From Planctomycetota bacterium (GTDB lineage: Bacteria > Planctomycetota > B15-G4 > SIAN01): a DNA stretch of 64,000 nucleotides. The notes beneath the pieces are model-generated. The model was given only the letters and a program-made list of their open reading frames with translations. It searched no databases and had not been told where the DNA came from. Position 1 is the first letter of the stretch, and each line of letters starts with the position of its first letter. Both the position numbers and the translations under genes were made by a program. Positions 31,251 to 43,100 of this stretch are shown here, in pieces. The DNA is taken from NCBI GenBank assembly GCA_031409275.1, contig JANNXA010000010.1, positions 64,001 to 128,000 on the forward strand. Reading direction: 5' to 3'.

Positions 31251-32478
31251 GGCGCAACGCCTCCACCGGCTGCAACTTGGAGGCGCGGCTCGCAGGATAG
31301 AGGCCGAAGAAGACCCCGACCGCGAAGACGATCCCCAACGCCGCGACGATCGACCATGGCTTCACCGCGTAGGGAAACGGCGTGAAGGCGCCGACCAGGA
31401 ACGCCACCGCGAAGCCGAGCACGATGCCGACGATGCCGCCGGCCGAGGTGAGCGTGACTGACTCGACCAGGAACTGGAACAGGATGTTGCCGCGCTTGGC
31501 GCCGAGCGCCTTGCGGACGCCGATCTCGCGGGTGCGTTCGGTCACGGAGACCAGCATCACGTTCATGATGATGATCCCGCCGACCACCAGCGTGATGCTC
31601 ACCACGCCGATCAGCGTGGCGAAGATGCCGCTCGAGATCTTCTCCCAGAAGGTGAGGAACTGCTCGGCGGTGGTGAGGTTGAAGTCGTCGTCGCGGTCGG
31701 GGCGCAGTCCGTGGCGGACGCGCATCAGCGCGCGCGCCTCCTCGACCGCTGCGCCGAACCCGTCGAGTTGACGCGCCTTCACCAGCACGTTGATGCTGCG
31801 GAACTGCCCGTACTGCGCGAAGAGCGCCGACAACGGCACCACGCCGAAGACGTTGCGGTTCCGGCCGAGCACGTTGGCGCGCTTGGCGAAGACGCCGACC
31901 ACCTCGTAGTGGCGGCTGTCGAGTCGCACCTTCTGGCCGACCGGGTCGACGTCCGGGAAGAGCGTCGTCGCCACCTCATCGCCCAGCACGATCACCTCGC
32001 GGCGCTGGTCGACGTCGCCCTGGTTCAGGTGCTCGCCAGCCGAAAGCTCGATGTCCTCGATGCCGGGGTACTCGGCGCCGCGCCCCTGGATCTCCACGTT
32101 CTTCAGCGAGCGACCCGAGGCCACGGCTTCCAGCGTGCCGCCCAAGGTGCGCAGCGGATCGACGAATTCCGCCAACGTCAGCTCGGCGTGCAGCGCCTTG
32201 TAATCGGCCAGCGTGATGCGCGGATTGCTGAGCGAATCGAGGAACGCCTGCAGGTCGGTGAGGATCTTGAGCTCGTCGACGCGACGCAGCGTGAAGACAT
32301 TGGCGCCGGCGCCAACGACCTCGTCGCGCACGTACTGGTCCATGCCGTCGAGGACCGACACCACGGCGATGATCGACAGGATCGCGATGATCACGCACAG
32401 GAGCGTGAGCGCGCTGCGCAGCTTCTGCGACCAGATCGCCGACAGCGCGATGCGGATGCCTTCGATCAGTGCGATCAC
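31243..32478 (-). CDS. MacB/FtsX-like ABC transporter permease
   Basis: VGGIIIMNVMLVSVTERTREIGVRKALGA, LQPVEALRRE. Confidence 0.93.
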   Translation of the reverse strand: MIALIEGIRIALSAIWSQKLRSALTLLCVIIAILSIIAVVSVLDGMDQYVRDEVVGAGANVFTLRRVDELKILTDLQAFLDSLSNPRITLADYKALHAELTLAEFVDPLRTLGGTLEAVASGRSLKNVEIQGRGAEYPGIEDIELSAGEHLNQGDVDQRREVIVLGDEVATTLFPDVDPVGQKVRLDSRHYEVVGVFAKRANVLGRNRNVFGVVPLSALFAQYGQFRSINVLVKARQLDGFGAAVEEARALMRVRHGLRPDRDDDFNLTTAEQFLTFWEKISSGIFATLIGVVSITLVVGGIIIMNVMLVSVTERTREIGVRKALGAKRGNILFQFLVESVTLTSAGGIVGIVLGFAVAFLVGAFTPFPYAVKPWSIVAALGIVFAVGVFFGLYPASRASKLQPVEALRRE

Positions 32479-33215
32479 GGGCGACGCGTGTCCGATTCGA
32501 TGCGGCCGTCGCGCACGCGAACGATGCGCGCCGCCCGCTTGCCGACCTCCGGGTCGTGGGTCACCAGCAGGATGGTGTTGCCGCCGGCGTGCAGCTGATC
32601 GAACAGCTCGAGGATCTCCTTGCCGGTGCGGGAGTCGAGGTTGCCGGTCGGCTCGTCCGCCAGCAGGAGCGCCGGACGGTTCACCAGCGAGCGGGCGATC
32701 GCGACGCGCTGCCGCTCGCCGCCCGAGAGCTCATTGGGCTTGTGGTTCGCACGCGCCTCCAGGCCGACCAGGCGCAGCAGTTCGAGCGCGCGTTCGCGCC
32801 GCTCGGCCGCGCGGACCGCGGCGTAGACCAGCGGCAGCTCGACGTTGCGCAGCGCCGTCTGCCGCGCCAGCAGGTGGAAGGTCTGGAAGACGAATCCGAT
32901 CTCGCGGTTGCGGATCTCGGCGAGCTCGTCCTCGGAGAGGCGGCTCACCTCCTGTTGGCGCAGCCAGTACTCGCCGCTGCTCGGGACGTCGAGGCAACCG
33001 ATCACGTTCATCAGCGTCGACTTGCCCGAACCGGACGGCCCCATGATCGCGACGTACTCGCCCTTCTTGATCTGCAGACTGACGTCGTCCATCGCGCGCA
33101 CCTGCTGCGCGCCGAGGTCGTAGACCTTGGAGAGGTGGCGAGCGTCGATGATCGAGTCGGGCGCGGGCGCGTTGCGGGATTCAGCCGACGGCGCGGCGGC
33201 CGCCGTCGCGCTCAC
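32475..33215 (-). CDS. ABC transporter ATP-binding protein (LolD/MacB-type)
   Basis: [31 protein letters not shown]. Confidence 0.96.
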   Translation of the reverse strand: MSATAAAAPSAESRNAPAPDSIIDARHLSKVYDLGAQQVRAMDDVSLQIKKGEYVAIMGPSGSGKSTLMNVIGCLDVPSSGEYWLRQQEVSRLSEDELAEIRNREIGFVFQTFHLLARQTALRNVELPLVYAAVRAAERRERALELLRLVGLEARANHKPNELSGGERQRVAIARSLVNRPALLLADEPTGNLDSRTGKEILELFDQLHAGGNTILLVTHDPEVGKRAARIVRVRDGRIESDTRRP

Positions 33216-34555
33216 GAATCAGCTCCCTCTTCCTTCTTCTTGGCGGCGCGCACCTTGTCGCCCTCTTTGAGCTCGCGCAACGACTTGAACGGGCCGACGA
33301 CGATCTCATCGCCCTCGCCGAGGCCCGACAGGAGTTCGAAGTCCTTCTCGCCGGTGATGCCGATGGTGACCGGCGTGAACCACGCCTTGCCTTCGCGCAC
33401 GACGAAGACGCCCTCGATCTTGCCCTCTTCGTTCTTGCGGCGCTTCGCCTGCGAACCGGTGAGGTGATCGGGGGTCGTGGCGGTCGCAGGACGCGGCCGG
33501 TCCGGCTCGGCGGCGAGCGCGACCGCGCTGTCATCGTGCGGCGCGCCGCTCTCCTTGCGCCACGCGCTCTCCGACTGCGGCTTGCGCAACGTCAGCGCCT
33601 GGATCGGCAGCGCCAGAGCGGAATCGCGTCCATCGGTCTGGATGCGGGCGCTGCAGGTCAGGCCCGGCCGAACGCCGGGAATCAGGTCATCGACGGCGAT
33701 CTTGACCAGGTAGCTCGTCCCTTCGCGCTCGGCGCCGGTCGCCTTGCTGACCGGGTTGTGGCCGACCTCGGTGACGACGCCGTGGAAGGCCCACTGGCGG
33801 TGGGCGTCGATCTCGAGCTCGGCGACCTGACCCGCCTTGGCCTGGATCGCCTCGGTCTCGTCGACCTCGACCTCCGCCTCGATGACGGTGAGGTCGGCGA
33901 CCGTCAGCAGGACCGTCGCCGGATTGTTGAAGGCGCCGACGAAGGCGTACTCGCCCGCTTCGATGTTGAGCGCCGTGACGGTGCCGCCGATGTCGGAGAG
34001 GACGTCGACCTTGGTCAGCTCGTGCTGCGCTTCGGCGAGGCTCGCTTCGAGGCGCGGGATCTCCGAATCGGTCGACTTGAGGCGCGCCTTCTCGACTTCG
34101 ACCTGCGTCCGTTCGCGATCGAGCTGCTCGGCGGTGACGAGCCCCTGTGCGGCGAGCCCTTCGCTGCGGCGCAACTGCGACTCGGACTGCTTCAGCTGAG
34201 CGTGCTGCAGCTCGATGTTGGCGCGCGCCGAATCGATCGACGCGTCGAGCTGCTGCACCTGCGTCTGGAACGGCTTGGGGTCGATCTTGAGGAGCGGTTG
34301 CCCCTTCTGGACGAGGTCGCCTTCGTGCACGAAGACCTCGAGCACCTTGCCGGAGACCGCCGCGCTGACGTCGACCATCGTCTTCGGCTTGATCCTGCCG
34401 GAGGCGGAGAGGACCGACTTCAACTCCTTGCGCTCGATGCGGCGGATCTCGACCTCGGTGACCTGCTTGGCATCGTGCGACTGCTTGGCTTGCCAGGCGA
34501 TCCCGCCGGACACGACGACGAAGACGGTCAACCAGATCTTGGTGCTCTTCTTCAA
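33212..34555 (-). CDS. Efflux RND/MacA-type periplasmic adaptor
   Basis: N-terminal anchor, SGKV...GDLVQKGQ lipoyl half, coiled coil, GLGEGDEIV; TTG start. Confidence 0.92.
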   Translation of the reverse strand: MKKSTKIWLTVFVVVSGGIAWQAKQSHDAKQVTEVEIRRIERKELKSVLSASGRIKPKTMVDVSAAVSGKVLEVFVHEGDLVQKGQPLLKIDPKPFQTQVQQLDASIDSARANIELQHAQLKQSESQLRRSEGLAAQGLVTAEQLDRERTQVEVEKARLKSTDSEIPRLEASLAEAQHELTKVDVLSDIGGTVTALNIEAGEYAFVGAFNNPATVLLTVADLTVIEAEVEVDETEAIQAKAGQVAELEIDAHRQWAFHGVVTEVGHNPVSKATGAEREGTSYLVKIAVDDLIPGVRPGLTCSARIQTDGRDSALALPIQALTLRKPQSESAWRKESGAPHDDSAVALAAEPDRPRPATATTPDHLTGSQAKRRKNEEGKIEGVFVVREGKAWFTPVTIGITGEKDFELLSGLGEGDEIVVGPFKSLRELKEGDKVRAAKKKEEGADS

Positions 34556-34711
34556 GTCAGGCCCCTTCTCGCTCCGTGCCGCAGCGCCAAGTTGGCACGC
34601 CAGGAGTACGCGCGACAGCCCCCGGAGTTCGCCCGCCCCGGGAAAGTTGTACTCGACGCGTCGCGAACCTGCTCCGCTGGCAAGCGCTGGGCCGGGCGCC
34701 CGACGACCCGG

Positions 34712-35899
34712 CTACGCCCCCGCCCGCTCGAACTCGCAGGCGATGCCCATGCCGCCGCTGATGCAGAGCGTCGCGAGGCCGCGCCGCGCCCCGCGCCGCT
34801 TCATCTCATGGAGCAGCGTGACGGCGATCCGCGCGCCGGTGGCGCCGATCGGGTGGCCGAGCGCGATGGCGCCGCCGTTCACGTTCAGGCGCTCGCGTGG
34901 GAAATGTAGCTCACGGTCGCAGGCGATCACCTGCGCCGCGAACGCCTCGTTCAGCTCGATCAGGTCGAAGTCGCCGATGGCGAGCGAACGGCGCCTTAGC
35001 AGTTCCTGCACGGCCGGCACCGGCCCGATCCCCATCACTTCCGGATCGACCCCGCGCGCCACGTACTCACCGAGCCGCGCGAGCGGCACCAGGCCGCGCC
35101 GCTTCGCCTCGTCCGCGCTCATCAGCAACAGTGCCGCGGCGCCATCGGTGATGCCGCTCGAGTTCCCGGCGTGAACGGTGCCATCCTTCGCGAAGACGGG
35201 CGGCAATTTGGCCATCTGCGCCACGGTCACCCCGTCGCGCGGATGCTCGTCGCCGATGGCGACCGGACCGCTCTTGCTGTCGACGCTGAGCGGCGCGATC
35301 TCGTCGACGAAGCGGCCCGCCTTGCGCGCCGCCTCGCACTTTCCTTGCGACCAGGCGGCGAACTCGTCCTGCTCGACGCGGCTGATGGAAAGCTGGCGCG
35401 CGAGCGTCTCGGCGGTCGCCCCCATCGGTTTCTTCGCCATCGGGCAGTCGAAGCCGTCCTTGTACATCGCATCGACGACCGGCGCGTGACCGAGGCGGTA
35501 GCCGGTGCGAAAGCCCTCGAGCATGAAGGGCAGCCGGCTCATGCTCTCCGTGCCGCCAGCGACCGCGACGGCGACCTCGCCGCTGCGAACGCTCTCCGCG
35601 GCGAGCTGGATCGACTTCAGTCCCGAGCCGCACGCCATGTTCACGGTGTAGGCGGTCGCCGACTGCGGCAGTCCGCTCTTGCAGAGGATCTGGCGCGCGA
35701 CGTTCGGACCGCCGCCCGCCTGTCGGCCGTTTCCGAAGATGAGCTCGCCCACATCGGCCGCCGCGACGCCCGATTGCACCAGCAACGCCTTCACGACGTG
35801 GATGCCGAGTTCGGCCGCGGTCAGGCCCGAAAGGCCGCCGAGGTACTTGCCGATCGGGGTGCGCAGCGCGTGGGTGATGACGACGGCGGGGGCGGCCAT
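34712..35899 (-). CDS. Acetyl-CoA C-acyltransferase (thiolase)
   Basis: NMACGSG, NEAFAAQ, GHPIGATG, LCISGGMG; ATG 35897-35899. Confidence 0.95.
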   Translation of the reverse strand: MAAPAVVITHALRTPIGKYLGGLSGLTAAELGIHVVKALLVQSGVAAADVGELIFGNGRQAGGGPNVARQILCKSGLPQSATAYTVNMACGSGLKSIQLAAESVRSGEVAVAVAGGTESMSRLPFMLEGFRTGYRLGHAPVVDAMYKDGFDCPMAKKPMGATAETLARQLSISRVEQDEFAAWSQGKCEAARKAGRFVDEIAPLSVDSKSGPVAIGDEHPRDGVTVAQMAKLPPVFAKDGTVHAGNSSGITDGAAALLLMSADEAKRRGLVPLARLGEYVARGVDPEVMGIGPVPAVQELLRRRSLAIGDFDLIELNEAFAAQVIACDRELHFPRERLNVNGGAIALGHPIGATGARIAVTLLHEMKRRGARRGLATLCISGGMGIACEFERAGA

Positions 35900-36015
35900 G
35901 ACGATCCTCGCGGGAACGGAGGCGGGGCATGGTAGCGCTGCTCCGAGCTTCCTCCGGGCGAACCGCGGCCCGAATCTCCTGCGCGGCACCAACGCGCTAA
36001 GTTGGCCGCCCCACC

Positions 36016-37356
36016 ATGGACCTGAATGCCACCCCGACTGGCGCGGCCACCAGCCCGCGTCCGCGGCACCGGATGTCTCCTTCCACCGTGGCCGTGCTCG
36101 CCTACGCGATTGCGGCCTGCACGGGGGCACTGCTCTTCCAGCTCGACGCGCTGAACCTCCGCGCACCGCTGAGCTTCGTCGACGCCTTGTTCCTCGCCGC
36201 GTCTGCGGTCTGCGTGACGGGCCTCGCACCGGTGGCCGACCTGCCGGCGCAACTCTCCCCGCTCGGCGAAGGGGTGCTGCTGTTCCTGGTGCAGCTCGGT
36301 GGCATCGGCATCGTGCTGCTCGGCGCGCTATTGCTGCGCGTGCTCGGTCGCCGCGTCGGCTCGCGCCACTCGGCGGCGATCGCCGAAAGCTATGGCGACC
36401 ACAGCGCGCTGCCGCTCGACCTGCTGCGCGACGTCGTCGCGACGACACTCGCGATCGAGGGGCTCGGCGCGTTGGCGCTCGCATGGTTCTGGCGCGACCT
36501 CGATGCGGGCGGCTGGCACGCGCTCTTCCACGCCGTCTCCGCCTTCTGCAACGCCGGCTTCTGCACCTTCTCCGATGGACTCGAAGCGCATGCGCCTCCG
36601 GCCGGCGCCGGCGCGGTGCTGCTGCTGTTGGTGGTTGCCGGAGGCCTGGGCTTCAACGTGCTGCGCGAACTGCTGCGACGGCCCTGGAGCGACGGCAAGC
36701 CGCTCTCGCTCCACGCGCGTCTGGTCGTGCGCCTTTCGGCATTCCTGATCATCGGCGGCGCGATCGCGCTGTTCGCCTGCGACCGCCAGCAAGGAGCCTG
36801 GCACGCGCTGTTCCTGTCGGTGAGCGCGCGCACCGCCGGTTTCCAGCTCGATGACCTGGCGTGGGCCGGCGCGCCGACGCTGCTGGTGCTGCTCGCACTG
36901 ATGGTGATCGGCGCCTCGCCCTCTTCGACTGGCGGCGGCATCAAGACCACCAACGTCGCGGTCTTCCTGCGCCGCATCCTCACGCAGATGCGCGGCGGCG
37001 ACGACGTCGTCTTCGGCGATCGCGCGCTGCATGACTCGCAAGTGCGCCAGATCATCGCGCTGACCGCGAGCTACATCGGGATGCTGCTGCTGTTCGTCTT
37101 CGCGCTCGCGTGTGTGGTGCCGAAGCCGGCCGATCCGCGCGGCTTCCTCGCGCTGCTGTTCGAAACGGGCTCGGCGCTCGGCACCGTCGGCCTCTCGACC
37201 GGACTGTCGTGGACGGCGCCGACCTCCGCCAAGCTGATCCTCACGCTCGCCATGCTGGCGGGACGCGTCGGCCCATTGACCCTGCTGCTCTTCGTCGGCG
37301 GGCAGGCGCGCCCTTCCGTGCTCCGCTTCCCGCGCGAACGCCTCCACCTCGGATGA
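36016..37356 (+). CDS. ktrB: KtrB/TrkH potassium uptake membrane protein
   Basis: Four pore-loop motifs CVTGL, FCNAGF, RTAGF, GTVGLS; STGGGIK; GRVG. Confidence 0.9.
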   Translation: MDLNATPTGAATSPRPRHRMSPSTVAVLAYAIAACTGALLFQLDALNLRAPLSFVDALFLAASAVCVTGLAPVADLPAQLSPLGEGVLLFLVQLGGIGIVLLGALLLRVLGRRVGSRHSAAIAESYGDHSALPLDLLRDVVATTLAIEGLGALALAWFWRDLDAGGWHALFHAVSAFCNAGFCTFSDGLEAHAPPAGAGAVLLLLVVAGGLGFNVLRELLRRPWSDGKPLSLHARLVVRLSAFLIIGGAIALFACDRQQGAWHALFLSVSARTAGFQLDDLAWAGAPTLLVLLALMVIGASPSSTGGGIKTTNVAVFLRRILTQMRGGDDVVFGDRALHDSQVRQIIALTASYIGMLLLFVFALACVVPKPADPRGFLALLFETGSALGTVGLSTGLSWTAPTSAKLILTLAMLAGRVGPLTLLLFVGGQARPSVLRFPRERLHLG

Positions 37357-37366
37357 CCTTGTCGCC

Positions 37367-38026
37367 ATGAAGACCGTGCTCGTCCTCGGCCTCGACTCCT
37401 TCGGCTCGACGCTGGCGAACTCGCTGGCCGAGCACGGCGTGGAAGTGCTGGTCGCCGACTTCGACGAGGAGGTCGTGCAGCGGGCGCGCGATCGCTACGC
37501 GCTGGCGGTCGTCGCCGACGCGCGCGATCGCGAGGCGCTGACCGAGCTCTGCTCGCGTCAGCCCGACCTCGCCGTGGTGAGCCTCGGGCCGCACATCGAG
37601 GCGAGCGTGCTCTCGACGCTGCTGCTGAAGGAGCTGGGCGTGCCGCAGATCCTCGCCTGCGCGCGCAACGACGACCACGAGAAGGTGCTGCGCAAGGTCG
37701 GCGCCGATCGCGTGGTGCAGCCGGTCACCGAATCGGCGGAGCGCATGGCCCGCTCGCTGGCGTCGAAGAACCTGGTCGACTTCGTCCTCGTCGGCGAGGA
37801 CTTCGCCATCGTCGAGCTGCCGGTGCCGGCGTCGTGGGTCGAGAAGTCGCTGAAGGAGCTCGACCTGCGCCGCCGCTTCAAGGTGACGGCCATCGCGGTC
37901 AAGTCGCACGACAAGGACGGCACCGAGCACGTCGCCGCGCCCGACCCCGACCGCGAGCTGGCACCGAGCGAGTCGCTGCTGCTGATCGGCTTGACCAAGG
38001 ACCTCGCGAAGCTCGAGAAGCGGTGA
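37367..38026 (+). CDS. ktrA: KtrA/TrkA family RCK regulatory subunit
   Basis: RCK_N then RCK_C layout, LLLKELGV, VGADRVVQP; follows ktrB. Confidence 0.88.
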   Translation: MKTVLVLGLDSFGSTLANSLAEHGVEVLVADFDEEVVQRARDRYALAVVADARDREALTELCSRQPDLAVVSLGPHIEASVLSTLLLKELGVPQILACARNDDHEKVLRKVGADRVVQPVTESAERMARSLASKNLVDFVLVGEDFAIVELPVPASWVEKSLKELDLRRRFKVTAIAVKSHDKDGTEHVAAPDPDRELAPSESLLLIGLTKDLAKLEKR

Positions 38027-38085
38027 GGCGCCGGCCCCGGCCCGGCCCGGCTCGCTCGGCCGGCCGCGAGCCAGCCGGCGACCGG

Positions 38086-39258
38086 TCAGTAGCCGAGCCC
38101 TTCCTGCACCAGCGAGCGGCTGATCACCAGCCGCTGGATCTCGCTGGTCCCCTCGCCGATGGTGCAGAGCTTGGCGTCGCGGAACATCCGCTCGACGTGG
38201 TACTCGCGCGTGTAGCCGTAGCCGCCGTGGATCTGGATCGCGTCGGAAGTGACGCGCATCGCCATCTCGCTGGCGAAGAGCTTCGCCATCGCCGCCTCGC
38301 GCGCGAACGGCTGGCCGGCGTCCTTCAGGCGGGCGGCCTGGTGGATCAGGTGGCGTGCCGCCTCGATCTGCGTGTTCATGTCGGCGAGCTTGAAGGCGAT
38401 CGCCTGGTGGGTCGCGATCTCCTTGCCGAAGGTCTTGCGCTCCTTGGCGTAGCGCAACGAGCAGGCGAGCGCCCCTTCGGCCAGACCGAGCGCCATCGCG
38501 CCGATCACGATGCGCCCGCGATCGAGCGTCTTCATGAAGAACTTGAAGCCCTCCCCTTCGGGGCCGAGGCGCTGCGCCGCCGGCACGCGGCAGCCGTCGA
38601 AGAAGATCGGCCGCGAATCGGAGGAGTGCAGCCCGAGCTTCTTTTCCGGCTCGCCGATGGCGAAGCCGGGCACGCCGCGGCGCACGAGGAAGGCGCTGAT
38701 GCCGTCGGAGCCGCGGCCCGCGCTGGTGCGCGCCGTGACGACGAAGCTGCCCGCGTAGCCCGCGTTGGTGATCCAGCTCTTCTGGCCCGACAGCACGTAG
38801 GAGTCGCCGTCGCGCGTCGCCGTGGTCTTGGTCGCGCCCGAGTCGGAGCCCGCCTGCGGTTCGGTCAAGGCGAAGCTGCCGAGGTACTTGCCGCTGGCGA
38901 GGTCGGGCACGAACTCGCGCTTCTGCTCCTCGGTGCCGAAATCGACGATCGGCATGGTGCCAAGCGACGTGTGCGCGGCGAGCGTCAACGCGAGCGATCC
39001 GGAGACCTTGGCGATCTCCTCGACGGTCAGCAGGTAGCACATCGTGCTCATGCCGGCCCCGCCGTAGGCCTCGGGCACCGGAATCCCGAGGAACCCCATC
39101 TCGGCAAGCTCGGCGACCAGCTCCGCGTGGAAGCGGCAGGCGTGATCGCGCTCGAGCTCGCCCGGCAGCACGCGATCCTGCGCGAAGCGGCGTATGGTGT
39201 CGCGCAGCATCACCTCGTCGTCGGTGAGTGCCGAAGGGCCGTTGGCGGTCGTTTCCAT
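38086..39258 (-). CDS. Acyl-CoA dehydrogenase (short/branched-chain type)
   Basis: FALTEPQAGSD, GQKSWITN, IQIHGGYGY, IGEGTSEIQR. Confidence 0.95.
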   Translation of the reverse strand: METTANGPSALTDDEVMLRDTIRRFAQDRVLPGELERDHACRFHAELVAELAEMGFLGIPVPEAYGGAGMSTMCYLLTVEEIAKVSGSLALTLAAHTSLGTMPIVDFGTEEQKREFVPDLASGKYLGSFALTEPQAGSDSGATKTTATRDGDSYVLSGQKSWITNAGYAGSFVVTARTSAGRGSDGISAFLVRRGVPGFAIGEPEKKLGLHSSDSRPIFFDGCRVPAAQRLGPEGEGFKFFMKTLDRGRIVIGAMALGLAEGALACSLRYAKERKTFGKEIATHQAIAFKLADMNTQIEAARHLIHQAARLKDAGQPFAREAAMAKLFASEMAMRVTSDAIQIHGGYGYTREYHVERMFRDAKLCTIGEGTSEIQRLVISRSLVQEGLGY

Positions 39259-39325
39259 GAGATCCTCGTCTGGCTGCGAGCCGCGAACCGCGCGCTCGAG
39301 ATGCCGCGCTCACGATGTCGTTGCG

Positions 39326-39661
39326 TCAGTCTTCCTCGGCCTCGAACGCTCCGCCAGCGCCGCGAGTCCCGGTCTTGCGCACCGCGGCACGCGGAGTCGA
39401 CGGCGCAGCGGCGGCCGCGGCGGGCGCCGGCTCTTCCTCGACGCGATCCTCGAGGTCGAGGAAGTCGCGACTCAAACTCTTGCCGATCCACCCCTCGAGC
39501 GCGCGCCGCGAGAACTTCCATTCGCGGCCGACCTTGCGGCCCGGCATCTCGCCCGCGCGCAGCACGCGCTGGAACGTCTTGGTCGACACGCCGAGGTAGG
39601 CGGCCGCCTCGTCGATGTTGAGGATCTCACGCTGCGGATCGGGCAGTTCAGATGCCGGCAC
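39326..39661 (-). CDS. Excisionase-like (HTH_17) DNA-binding protein
   Basis: ILNIDEAAAYLGVSTKT...GEMPGRKVGREWKF; GTG 39659-39661 with AGGAG. Confidence 0.85.
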   Translation of the reverse strand: MPASELPDPQREILNIDEAAAYLGVSTKTFQRVLRAGEMPGRKVGREWKFSRRALEGWIGKSLSRDFLDLEDRVEEEPAPAAAAAAPSTPRAAVRKTGTRGAGGAFEAEED

Positions 39662-39662
39662 T

Positions 39663-40094
<432 letters not shown>

Positions 40095-40101
40095 CGCCGG
40101 C

Positions 40102-43100
40102 TCACAGCGAGCGGCGGTAGCGACCGCCGACTGCATAGAGCGCCTCGCTGATCTGCCCGAGCGACGCCACTCGCACCGTCTCCATCAGCTCGGCGAAGAC
40201 GTTGCCGCCATCGAGCGCGATCTTCTGCAGCCGCTTCAGCGCGGCCGGCGCCTGCGCGGCGTGGCGGCGCTGGAAGTCGCGCAGCCGCGCGATCTGGTCG
40301 TCCTTCTCGGCCGAGCTGGCGCGGGCGAGCGGGATCTCGACCGGCGCGGCGCTCACGGCGGCGGCGCCCTCGAGGTCGTTGGGCCGCTCGAAGCAGTTGA
40401 CGCCGACGATCGGCAGCTCGCCCGAGTCCTTCTTCAGCTCGTAGAGGAGCGACTCCTCCTGGATCCGGCCGCGCTGGTAGTGCGTCTCCATCGCGCCGAG
40501 CACGCCGCCACGTTCGTGGAGGCGCTCGAACTCGCGCAGCACCGCCTCCTCGACGAGGTCGGTCAGCTCCTGGGTCAGGAACGACCCCTGCAGCGGGTTC
40601 TCGTTCTTCGTCACGCCGAACTCGCGTTGGATGATCATCTGGATCGCCATCGCGCGACGGACCGACTCCTCGGTCGGCGTCGTGATCGCCTCGTCGTAGG
40701 CGTTGGTGTGGAGCGAGTTGCACTGGTCGTAGATCGCCGTCAACGCCTGCAGCGTGGTCCGGATGTCGTTGAAGTCGATCTCCATCGCGTGCAGCGACCG
40801 GCCCGACGTCTGGATGTGGTACTTGAACTTCTGGCCGCGATCCGAGGCGCCGTAGAGGTTCTTCAGCGCCACGCTCCAGATGCGGCGCGCGACGCGTCCC
40901 ATCACCGAGTACTCGGGATCGAGCCCGTTGCTGAAGAAGAAGCTCAGGTTGTGCGCGAAGGCGTCGATGGGCAGGCCGCGCGAGAGGTAGTACTCGACGA
41001 AGGTGAAGCCGTTGGCCAGCGTGAAGGCGAGCTGGCTGATCGGATTGGCGCCAGCCTCGGCGATGTGGTAGCCGCTGATCGACACCGAATAGAAGTTGCG
41101 CACGTCGGACTTCGTGAAGAACTCCTGCACGTCGCCCATCAGTTTCAGGCTGAAGTCGGTGCTGTAGATGCAGGTGTTCTGCGCCTGGTCCTCCTTCAGG
41201 ATGTCGGCCTGCACCGTGCCGCGCACCACCTTCAGGACCGCCCCGGCGAGCTTCGCGCGCTCCTCCTCGCTGACCTTGCGGCCGAGCTTGCTCGCCTGCG
41301 CGTCGCACTGCTGCTCGATCGCGGCGTTCAGGAAGAAGGCCAGCACGATCGGCGCCGGTCCGTTGATGGTCATCGACACCGAGGTGTTGGCGTCGCAGAG
41401 GTCGAACCCCTGCATCAGCACCTGCATGTCCTCGAGCGTGCAGATCGAGACGCCGCCCTCGCCGATCTTCCCGTAGATGTCGGGCCGCTCCTCGGGGTCC
41501 TCGCCGTACAGCGTGACCGAGTCGAAGGCCACCGAGAGGCGCTTCGCCGCATCGTGGCGCGAGAGGTAGTGGAAGCGCTTGTTGGTGCGCGCAGGGCCGC
41601 CCTCGCCGGCGAACTGGCGACGCGGCTCCTCGTCCTGGCGCTTGAAGGGGTAGATGCCGGCCGTGTACGGGAAGCGACCCGGCAACCCTTCGAGCCGGAA
41701 GAAGCGCAGCAGGTCACCGTCGTCGGAAAGGCGCGGCAGCGCGACCCTCGGAATCGTCGAGCCCGACAACGAGAGCGTCGAGAGCTTCACCGCGTGCGGC
41801 TTGCCGCGCACTTCGTAGCGGTAGTCATCGCCCTTGTACTTCTCGAGCTCGGCCTTCTCCGCGGCCAGCAGATCCTGCGCCTCGCGCGACGCGGCGGCGC
41901 GTTCGCTCGCGACCTTGGCGGCGAGCGCCGTGGTGGTCGCGGCGGCCGCCGGCGTCGCGTCGGCGGCGAACTGAGCGCGCGCCTTGTCGAGCGCCTGGAT
42001 CTGCGAAAGCTGCTTCGCCTCGTCCTCGGTGCGGCGGCGGTAGCCACGGATCGCGCGAACGATCTCGCCGAGGTAGCCGACGCGATCGGGCGGCAGCAGA
42101 TGCGCCTTCGCGGCCGGAGCGGGCGGCAGCGCCGGCGGCTGCTGGAACAGCCCGAAGCGGGCGCGCAGCAGATCGGCCAACGCGCTGAACAGGCGATTCA
42201 CGCCCGGATCGTTGAAGCGGCTGGCCACCGTCATGAAGGCCGGCATCGACTCGTCGGTGACCGTGTCGGGCCGCTGGCCGGGGGCAAGCGCCCGCGTGCG
42301 GCGCAGCTGGCGACGCACATCGCGCAGCGCATCCTCGGCGCCGCGGCGATCGGCCTTGTTGATGACCACGAGGTCCGCGAGGTCGAGCATGTCGATCTTC
42401 TCGAGCTGGCTCGGCGCGCCGAACTCCGGCGTCATCACGTACATCGACGCGTCGGTGAAATCGACGATCGCCGAGTCGCCCTGGCCAATGCCGCTGGTCT
42501 CGACCAGGCAGAGATCGAAGCCTTGCGCCTCGAGGACGGCGAGCGCCCCGGAAAGCGCCGCCGAGACCTCGCTCTGGCTGCCGCGCGTGGCGAGGCTGCG
42601 CACGTAGACGTTCTGCGATTCGATGCCGTTCAAGCGGATGCGGTCCGCCAGGAGCGCGCCACCGGTCACGCGCTTGCTGGGATCGATCAGCACCAGCGCC
42701 AGCTTCAGGTTCGGTTCGGCGAAGCGGATGCGGCGGACCAGCTCGTCGGTGAGGCTCGACTTGCCGGCGCCACCGGTGCCGGTGATGCCCAGCACCGGCA
42801 TCTTCTTGGTGCGCGCGACGGTCGCCTTGCCGCTCTGCGCGGCGCGCTCGACGGCGGTGATCGCCCGCGCGATCGTGGCGTCGCGGATCGCGGCGACGTC
42901 CTTCCCCTTCGGCGGCGGCAGCGCGAGGGTGTCGTAGCGACACGTCGCGATCATCTCCTGCGCGATGCCGATCATCCCGAGCCGACGGCCATCCTGCGGC
43001 GAGTAGATGCGGGTGACGCCGTACTTCTCGAGCTCCGCGATCTCGCGCGCGACGATGACGCCGCCGCCGCCGCCGTAGACCTTGACGTGGCCGGCGCCGC

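Noticed and set aside
38027..38085. GC-rich CCCGG repeats and hairpin between convergent ktrA and ACAD
   Set aside because: Weak stem with no U-tract; indistinguishable from GC-rich background
39326..39661. Excisionase as a prophage/ICE marker
   Set aside because: No integrase, att site or phage genes; the gene is embedded in a metabolic operon
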